From an uncultured Acidobacteriota bacterium (GTDB lineage: Bacteria; Acidobacteriota; Blastocatellia; RBC074): DNA of 64,000 bases. The stretch's first letter is position 1; each line of letters begins with the position of its first letter. Shown here piece after piece: positions 1 through 7,984 of the stretch. The notes beneath the pieces were generated by a model. That model made no database searches. It worked only from the letters and a program-made list of their open reading frames with translations, and had not been told where the DNA came from. A program made the translations under genes and the position numbers. Where the stretch lies: positions 152,994-216,993 of the forward strand of contig CAWDDA010000015.1 of the NCBI GenBank assembly GCA_963800895.1, in the 5' to 3' direction.

Positions 1-11
1 TTTCGATCTTC

Positions 12-923
12 ATGCTTGGATTGCCGATAGGAATTTTTCTCAGCAATCAGCTGAGCGGCCGGCTCGCCGCTTATTACAACGATTGGCGAGTGCCATTCTA
101 TGTGGCATGCGTTCCGGGGCTTCTCCTTGCGCTGCTTGCGTTGCGCATTCGTGAACCACGGCGCGGCGCCTCCGAGGCCTATGTGATCGCAGATGACACC
201 GCGCGCGCAGGATCGCCTTACAAACGTGTGTTAGGCATTCCGACGATGTGGTGGATTATCATTTCGGGTGCGCTGCACAACTTCAATGCGTATGCGGTAA
301 ATGCGTTTCTGCCCGCTTATCTCGGCCGCTATCACGGTCTGAACCTTAAAGACGCGAATAATATTACTGCGTTTGTTCTGGGAGCAGTCGGTGTTGTCGG
401 CCTGCTGGCCGGTGGTCTCGCGGCAGACTGGATCAGCAGCAAGCGCCGGGACGGGAGGATGCTGCTAGCAGCGGCCTCGCTCGCCATATCGACTCCGTGC
501 GTCTACTTCGCCCTTGCGCAACCGAAGGGCTCGATGGCGCTTTTCATCGTTCTCATGGGCATTGGGTGGATGCTGATCTATGTCTATTACGTCACCGTTT
601 ATCCTGCAATTCAGGATGTCGTGGAGCCTGGACTCAGAGCAACGGCGATGGCGCTCTACTTTTTTGCAATGTACGTGCTCGGTGGAAGTTTCGGAACGAC
701 GATACTGGGGTCGCTCAGCGACTATTTTGCAAATCGGGCAATGATCGATGCGGGTGGCACTCAGATCGAAGCATTTCGGGCTGCCGGTTTGCATAGCGCA
801 TTCTATGTAGTGCCTGTCGTCTCCCTGATCCTGACGTTGGTCTTGTTTGCAGGTTCGCGCACCATCGAAAAGGATATGGCACGACTCGTCGCGTGGATGC
901 GCGAAAGTGTGAAGGCCGCATAA
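12..923 (+). CDS. MFS-type transporter, C-terminal part (probably 5'-truncated by the window edge)
   Basis: The ORF runs from the window start. The translation is a string of hydrophobic helices with short charged loops (REPRRG, SKRRDGR), typical of MFS permeases. Confidence 0.65.
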   Translation: MLGLPIGIFLSNQLSGRLAAYYNDWRVPFYVACVPGLLLALLALRIREPRRGASEAYVIADDTARAGSPYKRVLGIPTMWWIIISGALHNFNAYAVNAFLPAYLGRYHGLNLKDANNITAFVLGAVGVVGLLAGGLAADWISSKRRDGRMLLAAASLAISTPCVYFALAQPKGSMALFIVLMGIGWMLIYVYYVTVYPAIQDVVEPGLRATAMALYFFAMYVLGGSFGTTILGSLSDYFANRAMIDAGGTQIEAFRAAGLHSAFYVVPVVSLILTLVLFAGSRTIEKDMARLVAWMRESVKAA

Positions 924-924
924 G

Positions 925-1071
925 TTGAGTGTGCTGAGTGCTGAGTACTGAGTGCTGAGCCTGGAGTTCAAGCTTTTAGCTTGCTCTTGGAACTCGACTT
1001 GTCAAACAGCAAGCTAAAAGCTTGAACTCCAAACTCGGTCAGTACTCAGCATCTGAAGCGGTACAACGTAC
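925..1071. repeat. Composite palindromic intergenic element (heptamer TRCTGAG array + family-A core hairpin + family-D fragment)
   Basis: 4-5 tandem TGCTGAG/TACTGAG heptamers lie at 925-959. The core arms are GGAGTTCAAGCTTTTAGCTTGCT (963-985) and AGCAAGCTAAAAGCTTGAACTCC (1008-1030). A complementary CTCGGTCAGTACTCAGC lies at 1034-1050, and GCGGTACAACGTAC at 1058-1071. Confidence 0.9.
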
Positions 1072-1089
1072 TCTGTTCTTTGTTATACT

Positions 1090-2151
1090 TTGAGCGTGAA
1101 GACGATCGCAATTCGATCAGTGGTTTGGATCGTGTTCCTTGCGGGCGCAGTGCTTGCTCAGGAGCAGACACCGGCGGTCCCGGTGGTCCCGGAAGTTGTC
1201 GTTTATGGTTGTCCAATCCACGCCGAGGTTCAATCCAAAGTTCCCGGAAAGTGCCACAAGTGCAACACCCTTCTCCTGGCCATAAAACCTGGAGGCGAAG
1301 AGGGGTTTTACACGTGTCCTATGCATGCGGACGTGCAATCAGCCAAGGCTGGAACCTGTCCGAAATGCAAGATGAACCTCATCAAGGCTGCACCCCCTGA
1401 GACCGGTGAATACATCGTTCGAATGGAGACCGTCCCTCGAGCCGTAAAGGCCCGAGAGAAGGTAACGCTGCGCTTTTCGATCTTTCACCCTGACAAGGAA
1501 GAGCAGGTCAAGGAGTTCGGGATCCTGCACGACATGCCTTTCCATCTCTTTGTTGTCGGTCAGGACCTCGAACACTTCGATCACATTCATCCAACCAAAC
1601 AGCCGGACGGATCATTTGTCATTGACACCGTGTTGCCGCGCCCTGGCTACTATAAGATTTTTTGCGACTATTTCCCGGTCGGCGGTTCCCCCCAGGTTAC
1701 GCAGTTGAGCCTTGTAACTTCAAACTTTCCCGGAGATCTCATTTCGTCCCTCTCGAAGCTTCAACCCGATCAGACGCTTTCAAAAACAGTTGAAGGAACA
1801 CGATTTGACCTGACGCTGGGTCCGGAGAAACCCTTTGCGGGGAAGGGTGCCGAGCTCCACTACAAACTAACCGACGAAAAGAGCGGTGCTCCTGTAAAGG
1901 ATCTGAAGCCTTATCTGGGCGCGTGGGGACACACTCTGATCCTCAGCGAAGATGGAACGGACTACCTTCATTCTCATCCGATCGAAATGATTCCCGAAGA
2001 TGTCGATCGAAGTAAAGTGAAGGGTGGCCCCGAAGTCGTCTTCGATACTTTCTTCCCTCATCCGGGCAACTATCGCATCTGGTCGCAGTTCCTTCGCGGA
2101 GAAAAGCTGATCACCGTCTCATTCACGGTGAATGTTCCGCGCCTTCAATAA
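1090..2151 (+). CDS. Secreted protein with two heavy-metal-binding (HMBD/YHS-like) Cys motifs and two beta-rich His-containing domains
   Basis: It has a signal peptide (VVWIVFLAGAVLAQE). Two CP(I/M)HAxV...G(K/T)C(H/P)KC motifs are present, then the repeated HxxH-type segments FDHIHP and LHSHP. TTG at 1090 or GTG at 1096 could be the start. Confidence 0.6.
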   Translation: MSVKTIAIRSVVWIVFLAGAVLAQEQTPAVPVVPEVVVYGCPIHAEVQSKVPGKCHKCNTLLLAIKPGGEEGFYTCPMHADVQSAKAGTCPKCKMNLIKAAPPETGEYIVRMETVPRAVKAREKVTLRFSIFHPDKEEQVKEFGILHDMPFHLFVVGQDLEHFDHIHPTKQPDGSFVIDTVLPRPGYYKIFCDYFPVGGSPQVTQLSLVTSNFPGDLISSLSKLQPDQTLSKTVEGTRFDLTLGPEKPFAGKGAELHYKLTDEKSGAPVKDLKPYLGAWGHTLILSEDGTDYLHSHPIEMIPEDVDRSKVKGGPEVVFDTFFPHPGNYRIWSQFLRGEKLITVSFTVNVPRLQ

Positions 2152-2171
2152 CCTTAACCCGGCGGACACTA

Positions 2172-4370
2172 ATGAGACACACACACCGTGCCCTTCTCAC
2201 ACTTTGTGCATTTTTTCTCGTGTCTGGGGGAGCGACTGCTCAGGAACGGCTGCTTACGATTGATGACCTCTACGGCGAACCTCAGCGGAGGATTAGTTTC
2301 AGCGGAACGCCCGTCGGGCCGGTGACATGGCTTGCTGATGGTACCCATTATCTCGCCCGCAGAAATGGCGAGCTGATGAAGTTCAATGCTGCTTCCGGTT
2401 CGTCGGTCCCCTTTATTGATTCGACAAAGATCGAGGCAGCTTTCGCGGGCCTGTCAGGGTTCAGCGCGGAAGCAGCAAGACGGATTGCGCGCAGCTCATT
2501 CGAAATGAACCCCTCGCGCACAGGAGCGCTCTTCAACTCAGCGAATGACCTTTTCTTCTACGATTTCGCATCGTCTCGAATCACGCGGCTAACTAACACC
2601 CCGGAAACTGAAGTGGGTGAATCATTCAGTCCTGATGGTCGGCTGGTCGCCTATGTGAAGAATTTCAACCTCCATGTCGTCGATCTCGCTGGTCAACGCG
2701 AGCGGTCGCTTACAAGCGACGGAAACTCAAAACTCCTGAATGGCCGGCTCGATTGGGTCTACCAGGAAGAGTTGTATGGGCGTGGCAACTTTCAGGCTTA
2801 CTGGTGGAGTCCGGATTCCGCGCAGATTGCATATTTGCAACTTGATGAGTCGCCGGTAAAGGATTTTGTAGTCGTCGACCACCTTCCAGTGCAGCAAAAC
2901 ATCGAAGTCACTTCCTATCCCAAGGCGGGAGCTCCCAACCCTAATGTCAAAATAGGCGTGGTCAATGCGGCAGGTGGTCCAACGCGCTGGCTCAATATGG
3001 ACAACTACCGTAACGTTGAGCCACTGGTTGTGCGAGTCGGCTGGAAACCGGATTCAGTGGCGGTTGTGTTCATGGTTCAAAACCGCGAACAGACCTGGAT
3101 GGATGTAAATTTTGGGAATGCAGCCACGGGAAAGGTTGAGACAGCGTTTCGTGAGACCAGCTCCGCGTGGGTCGAGCGGGACAATCACCAGATCGCCAAA
3201 TGGCTCCGCGACGGTTCGTTCATATGGATGAGCGAACGAACCGGCTGGAAGCATCTTTATCACTACTCCACAGAGTGCAAGCTGATCAGACCCATCACCT
3301 CAGGAAAATGGGAAGTGAGGTCGCTGCATGGAGTTGATGAAGCGAGTAGCCGGGTTTACTTCTCCGCCACAGAGCGCAGTCCGATCGGCGTTGATGCCTA
3401 CCGAGTGAAGCTGGATGGGACCGGCCTGGAGCGGTTGACCGAAGCACCTGGAACGCATCGGGTGAGTTTCGATCCCGCATTCAGGTACTTCACTGACGTT
3501 TGGAGCGACATCAACACGCCGTCGCAGATGCGTCTCTTTACGGCCGACGGAAAACTTGTGCGTGTCATCGAAGAGAACCGCGTCGACGCACTCAGGCAAT
3601 TCAAGCTTGCAAAGCCCGAGTTCGTTCAGGTGAAGACGCGCGACGGGTTCGTTATGGAGGCGATGTTGATCAAGCCACCCGATTTTGATCGTACGAAGAA
3701 GTATCCCGTTTTCAGTCATACGTATGGCGGCCCGCATGCGCCGGAGGTACGCAATTCGTGGGGTGGCACCACTTTTATGTGGCATCAGCTGCTTGCTCAG
3801 AAAGGTTATGTTGTCTGGATTTGCGACAATCGCTCTGCGAGTGGAAAGGGAATGGAATCGGCGTTCGCAGCGTACAAGAAGCTGGGAGTGACTGAGCTTC
3901 AGGACATTGAGGATGGTATTCGGTGGCTCAAGCAGCAGGAGTGGGTTGATGGCACGAGAATCGGGCTCAACGGTTGGAGTTATGGCGGCTTTATGACGGC
4001 ATACGCGCTCACACACTCGACGTTGTTCAAGGCCGGAATCGCGGGAGCTCCGGTGACCGATTGGAGGCTCTACGATTCGATCTACACCGAGCGGTACATG
4101 GGCACACCACAGAATAACCCTGAGGGTTACGACAAGACTTCAGTCGTAAAGGCGGCAAAGAATCTGCACGGCAACCTGCTGATTATTCATGGTGCGATCG
4201 ATGACAACGTGCACATGCAGAACTCGATTCAGTTCGTCTATGAGCTTGAGAAGTCAGGAAAGCAATTCGAGTTAATGATCTATCCAAAGTCCCGACACGG
4301 TGTCTCCGACCCTGCGCTAGTGAAGCACATGCGTGAGCTGATGCTCCGATTCATTCTGAAGAACCTTTAG
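2172..4370 (+). CDS. Dipeptidyl-peptidase IV family serine peptidase (S9B)
   Basis: 732 aa with a signal peptide. The N-terminal beta-propeller carries the DWVYEEE-like motif DWVYQEELYGR. The C-terminal alpha/beta hydrolase has GWSYGG and HGAIDDNVH. Confidence 0.85.
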   Translation: MRHTHRALLTLCAFFLVSGGATAQERLLTIDDLYGEPQRRISFSGTPVGPVTWLADGTHYLARRNGELMKFNAASGSSVPFIDSTKIEAAFAGLSGFSAEAARRIARSSFEMNPSRTGALFNSANDLFFYDFASSRITRLTNTPETEVGESFSPDGRLVAYVKNFNLHVVDLAGQRERSLTSDGNSKLLNGRLDWVYQEELYGRGNFQAYWWSPDSAQIAYLQLDESPVKDFVVVDHLPVQQNIEVTSYPKAGAPNPNVKIGVVNAAGGPTRWLNMDNYRNVEPLVVRVGWKPDSVAVVFMVQNREQTWMDVNFGNAATGKVETAFRETSSAWVERDNHQIAKWLRDGSFIWMSERTGWKHLYHYSTECKLIRPITSGKWEVRSLHGVDEASSRVYFSATERSPIGVDAYRVKLDGTGLERLTEAPGTHRVSFDPAFRYFTDVWSDINTPSQMRLFTADGKLVRVIEENRVDALRQFKLAKPEFVQVKTRDGFVMEAMLIKPPDFDRTKKYPVFSHTYGGPHAPEVRNSWGGTTFMWHQLLAQKGYVVWICDNRSASGKGMESAFAAYKKLGVTELQDIEDGIRWLKQQEWVDGTRIGLNGWSYGGFMTAYALTHSTLFKAGIAGAPVTDWRLYDSIYTERYMGTPQNNPEGYDKTSVVKAAKNLHGNLLIIHGAIDDNVHMQNSIQFVYELEKSGKQFELMIYPKSRHGVSDPALVKHMRELMLRFILKNL

Positions 4371-4375
4371 AAACA

Positions 4376-4462
4376 GGCATGTTGTACCGCCTTATAGGCG
4401 GAATGGTGACTTTCTCAGGTTAAGAGTGCCACGATTCCGCCTATAAGGCGGTACAACGTACC
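4376..4462. repeat. Family-D hairpin-of-hairpins palindrome
   Basis: The left arm is GGCATGTTGTACCGCCTTATAGGCGGAATGGTG (4376-4408). The right arm is CCACGATTCCGCCTATAAGGCGGTACAACGTACC (4429-4462). Each arm contains its own CCGCC-N5-GGCGG mini-hairpin. Confidence 0.9.
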
Positions 4463-4577
4463 TAAGAGAAGAAAATGATAGAACTGGTCAGTGTTTCGCG
4501 GGATTTTGGGGATGCGAAAGTCGTGCATGCCTTGCGCGACGTGACGCTCAGGATCGAATCGGGGAGAGCGCGTCGCC

Positions 4578-5159
4578 GTGATGGGACCTTCGGGCTCTGG
4601 AAAATCGACGCTTCTCAATCTGATATGCGGACTCGATGAGCCAACAGGTGGATCGGTTCGAATCGACGGAATCGACCTCACGCGGTTGAGCGATGATGAG
4701 CGGACGCGGCTCCGTCGCGAGAAGGTGGGGATGATTTTCCAGACATTCAATCTTCTCCCAACATTGACGGCAGTTGAGAACGTCGCACTACCACTGCGGC
4801 TCAAGGGTGAGGCGAGATCGGAGGCTGTCGAACGCGCCTCAGCAATGATCGATCGCGTGGGACTCAGCGGCCGCTCGTCGCATCGCCCGGATGAGATGTC
4901 GGGCGGAGAACGTCAGCGTGTAGCGATTGCGCGCGCGTTGATATTTGCGCCACCGATCCTTCTTGCGGACGAACCGACAGGAAATCTCGACTCGAATACG
5001 GGCGAAGAGATTCTGACGCTTCTCGATGATCTTCATGCGGAATTCAATACAACCGTTGTGCTCGTAACGCACAATCAGGACGCAGCCGCTCATTGCGATC
5101 GAATACTCCGGCTGAAGGACGGTCAACTCGCAGTTCGGGAAAGAGTGGAGGCAGCCTGA
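4578..5159 (+). CDS. ABC transporter ATP-binding protein (MacB/LolD-like), with its N-terminal ~30 aa in another frame (4475-4565)
   Basis: Walker A is GPSGSGKST, the signature is MSGGERQR and Walker B is ILLADEPT. The missing N-terminus MIELVSVSRDFGDAKVVHALRDVTLRIESG starts at ATG 4475, preceded by an AAGAGAAG RBS. It joins the main frame if one base near 4561-4566 is removed. Confidence 0.85.
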   Translation: MMGPSGSGKSTLLNLICGLDEPTGGSVRIDGIDLTRLSDDERTRLRREKVGMIFQTFNLLPTLTAVENVALPLRLKGEARSEAVERASAMIDRVGLSGRSSHRPDEMSGGERQRVAIARALIFAPPILLADEPTGNLDSNTGEEILTLLDDLHAEFNTTVVLVTHNQDAAAHCDRILRLKDGQLAVRERVEAA

Positions 5160-7727
5160 GTGTTCTCCGCACTGGCTTCAGTCACGTGGAGACAGTGGAG
5201 GCAGCATCGGCTGAGAACCCTCCTTACGATAGCGGGAATTGCCATTGGAGTCGCGGCCTTCTTCGCGGTAAGAACTGCCAATCGATCCCTTCTCAGTTCG
5301 CTCACGCTTACAATCGAAAAACTTGCCGGGAAGGCCACTCTGCAGGTAGTCGCGGGCGAAGCGGGCTTTCCGGAAGAGGTTTGGGAGATCGTCAGGTCGA
5401 CTCCGGGAGTAAAGATCGCCGCCCCGGTGATCGAAGTGATCGCCACGACAGCTTTTGAAGACACGTCGAACCTGATGATAGTCGGTGAAGACACGCTCGG
5501 TGAGCAGGGTCTGCGCGAATTTCAATTTGACGAGTCGTCGATCGAGCTCAATGACCCGCTCGTCTATCTCGCTCAGCCAAACTCGGTAATCGTCTCTCGC
5601 ACATTCGCGACAAAGCACGGACTCAAGGAAGGCGACAGGCTGCCGCTCTTCACGTCTCACGGGCGAAAAGAATTTATTGTGCGCGGAGTTTTTCAGCCCA
5701 CGGGAATTGGCGAGGTGTTTGGCGGTCAGATTGCAGCTATGGATGTCTTCTCGATGCAGCACGTCTTCAATCGAGGAAGAAACTTTGACCGGATCGACGT
5801 AATGAGTGCGCCTGGCGTGGACGTCGAAGACCTGAGAACAAGGTTGAGCAGCCAGCTAAAGGAGTACAGCGCCATCGAAGTTACGCGGCCGGCTGCTCGA
5901 GGGAAGGGAATCGAAAATGCGGTAGCTGCTATGAGCCTTGGAATGACGATCGCCAGCTTCATCGCGCTGCTTGTCGGAGTCTTTATCATATTCAACACCT
6001 TCAGCATCTCTGTGAATCAGCGCTGGAAAGAGATTGGCGTCCTGCGCGCAATTGGCGCCGAGCGCCGCAATGTCCAGATGATGTTTCTGGCCGAGGCAGT
6101 GATCATGGGACTGATCGCCTCGGTTGCAGGGATCGCGCTAGGGTTCTACGCAGCTCGCGGTGCAGCGGCCGTGATGGGTAATATTGCCGCATCGATCTAC
6201 GGATACGTGTCAACCCCCGAACCGCCTGAATTCCATTGGAACTTTGCATTCGCAGCGTTGGCGCTTGGCGTCATTGCGTCAGTTGTTGCCGCGTGGCTTC
6301 CGTCGCGTGCCGCTTCGCGTCTCAATCCTGTGCTTGCGCTGCACAACATTGAGACACGACAACGCGAGGCTGTGCTCGGACGGCCACGTCTTGTGTTCGG
6401 CCTGTTTCTGATCATTGCCGCACTGCTGCTGATCCGGTACGCGCCCGTAAGGGTTGGCTTGATGCTTCAGTTTGGTTATCTGGCGATAATTCTGCTCGGT
6501 CTTCTGATCTTACTACCAAAGCTTTCGGAGCTGATCGCGCGCGCTCTTCGCCCACTAGCTGATCGGATGTTTGGAACTGAAGGTGTGCTCGCAGTGGATT
6601 CGATGATCGGTGCGCCGCGCCGTACTTCGGCGACTGTGGCAGCCTTGATGATCGGCCTCTCGTTTGTCTTTTCGACCGCTGCGTATGTGCAGAGCTACCA
6701 GAGAACTGTTGTCTCGTGGATGGACCGGATGCTCAACTCAGATATTTTCATTACGACTTCAGAGATGGCGCGCAGTCGCACCTATCACTTCAGTGAAGAA
6801 TTGAGTGCAAAGGTTGCCGCCCTCCCGGGAGTCAAAAGAATCGAGAGTGTCAGGTTTACATTTGTGCCATACGCCGGTGACAGCATTGCCATCATATCGC
6901 TCGAGATGGACGGCTGGTTTGCCAGAGTGCGGGATATCATTGAGGGCGCCCGTGAAGACGAAGCGCGTGCAGCAGTTGTATCTGGTCAAGGGGTTATCGT
7001 TGCACGAAATTTTGTCACGCGATTTGGAGCGCGTGTCGGTGATCGAATCAGAATCGATACTCCGACCGGAGTGCTCGAGCGGCCGATTGCAGGAGTGATT
7101 GAAGACTACACATCTGAAAAGGGCACGCTCTTTATGGACCGCGGGCTCTACAAGCAGTACTGGCGCGACAGCGCTGTCGACATCCTGGACGTAAATCTCA
7201 ATCCGGGAGTGGATCCAGATGCATTCAAGACCGAGCTCCAGCGCACTCTTCGAGGAGAGCATCGCGCGTTTATCTACACTAATCAGGAGTACAAGCGCTG
7301 GGTCATCAACCTGATTGATGGATTTTTTGTCCTCAATTACATGCAGATGGGAATTGCGATCGTCGTCGCGGCGCTCGGAATAGTGAACACTCTCATCATT
7401 TCGGTTTCTGAACGTAAGCGTGAGCTGGGCATGTTGCGGGCGCTGGGCGGGTTGAAGCGACAGATCAAAAAGATGGTTTTGCTTGAAGCTGTCGCGATCG
7501 GCTTGATCGGGATCGCAGCTGGCGCGCTTGCCGGTGCACTGAACACCTATTTTCTTGTGCGTACGGCCGCCACAATGATTGGGGGCTATACGATACCTTT
7601 CTATTTCCCGCTGTGGCTCGTGCTGGTCACACTTCCCATTGTGACGCTCATAGCCTTGTTGGCGGCATGGTGGCCCGCCAGGCGCGCGGTCAACCTTGGA
7701 GTCATTGAAGCTATCGGGTATGAGTAA
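5160..7727 (+). CDS. ABC transporter permease with duplicated FtsX/MacB-type domains
   Basis: 855 aa. Two blocks each have a TM helix, a large periplasmic domain and three C-terminal TMs. The start overlaps the ATPase stop (TGAGTG). Confidence 0.85.
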   Translation: MFSALASVTWRQWRQHRLRTLLTIAGIAIGVAAFFAVRTANRSLLSSLTLTIEKLAGKATLQVVAGEAGFPEEVWEIVRSTPGVKIAAPVIEVIATTAFEDTSNLMIVGEDTLGEQGLREFQFDESSIELNDPLVYLAQPNSVIVSRTFATKHGLKEGDRLPLFTSHGRKEFIVRGVFQPTGIGEVFGGQIAAMDVFSMQHVFNRGRNFDRIDVMSAPGVDVEDLRTRLSSQLKEYSAIEVTRPAARGKGIENAVAAMSLGMTIASFIALLVGVFIIFNTFSISVNQRWKEIGVLRAIGAERRNVQMMFLAEAVIMGLIASVAGIALGFYAARGAAAVMGNIAASIYGYVSTPEPPEFHWNFAFAALALGVIASVVAAWLPSRAASRLNPVLALHNIETRQREAVLGRPRLVFGLFLIIAALLLIRYAPVRVGLMLQFGYLAIILLGLLILLPKLSELIARALRPLADRMFGTEGVLAVDSMIGAPRRTSATVAALMIGLSFVFSTAAYVQSYQRTVVSWMDRMLNSDIFITTSEMARSRTYHFSEELSAKVAALPGVKRIESVRFTFVPYAGDSIAIISLEMDGWFARVRDIIEGAREDEARAAVVSGQGVIVARNFVTRFGARVGDRIRIDTPTGVLERPIAGVIEDYTSEKGTLFMDRGLYKQYWRDSAVDILDVNLNPGVDPDAFKTELQRTLRGEHRAFIYTNQEYKRWVINLIDGFFVLNYMQMGIAIVVAALGIVNTLIISVSERKRELGMLRALGGLKRQIKKMVLLEAVAIGLIGIAAGALAGALNTYFLVRTAATMIGGYTIPFYFPLWLVLVTLPIVTLIALLAAWWPARRAVNLGVIEAIGYE

Positions 7728-7770
7728 GTGCGGGCACGAGCGATCGAGCTGGTGACTCTGAGGGAGAGAA

Positions 7771-7939
7771 GAATTCACCGCAGAGAGCCCAATCGATTTG
7801 AGATTTGAGATTTGTCGTTTGAGATTTGTCATTTGCAACTTGTCACTCAAGGTGCGCCTTGCCACGACAAATAACAAATCCAAAATCTAAAATCTAAAAT
7901 CTCAAATCTCAAATGGATTGGGCACTCTGCGGTGAATTC
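7771..7939. repeat. Palindromic element with 7-nt-periodic stems (GATTTGA family)
   Basis: The outer arms are GAATTCACCGCAGAGAGCCCAATCG (7771-) and its complement ending at 7939. Seven tandem heptamers (GATTTGA/GATTTGT/CATTTGC...) lie at 7795-7843, and seven complementary heptamers (ATCTCAA/ATCTAAA/ATAACAA...) lie at 7864-7912. Confidence 0.9.
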
Positions 7940-7984
7940 TTCGCGTTCCACCATTCCTCCTGAAGGCGATACACTCTCCAAGGC

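Noticed and set aside
4555-4570. Programmed +1 ribosomal frameshift in the ABC ATPase gene
   Set aside because: There is no known slippery or stall context such as the prfB-type CUU UGA with an upstream Shine-Dalgarno. Similar single-base breaks occur in many unrelated genes of this contig. An indel error or a mutation is the simpler explanation.
4650-4670. A tRNA-like GGTTCGAATC T-loop motif
   Set aside because: It lies inside the ABC ATPase coding frame, and no acceptor stem or anticodon arm can be drawn around it. I found no convincing tRNA or rRNA anywhere in the window.
6759-7883. Long antisense ORFs in the track (6759-7883, and likewise 465-971, 3300-4016, 5178-5762, 9999-10724, 12826-13365, 24692-25651, 56090-56908)
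   Set aside because: Each lies wholly opposite a gene with strong family motifs. Each has Arg/Ser/Pro-rich, low-complexity translations typical of shadow frames in GC-rich DNA, and none has a recognisable domain.
7795-7912. Tandem short repeats at 7795-7912 (and the similar arrays at 925-959, 18235-18358, 26611-26755 and 53914-54043) as possible CRISPR arrays
   Set aside because: The unit length is 7 nt with no spacers. The arrays occur as complementary inverted pairs flanking a loop, and no cas genes are present. They are hairpin stems, not CRISPR.
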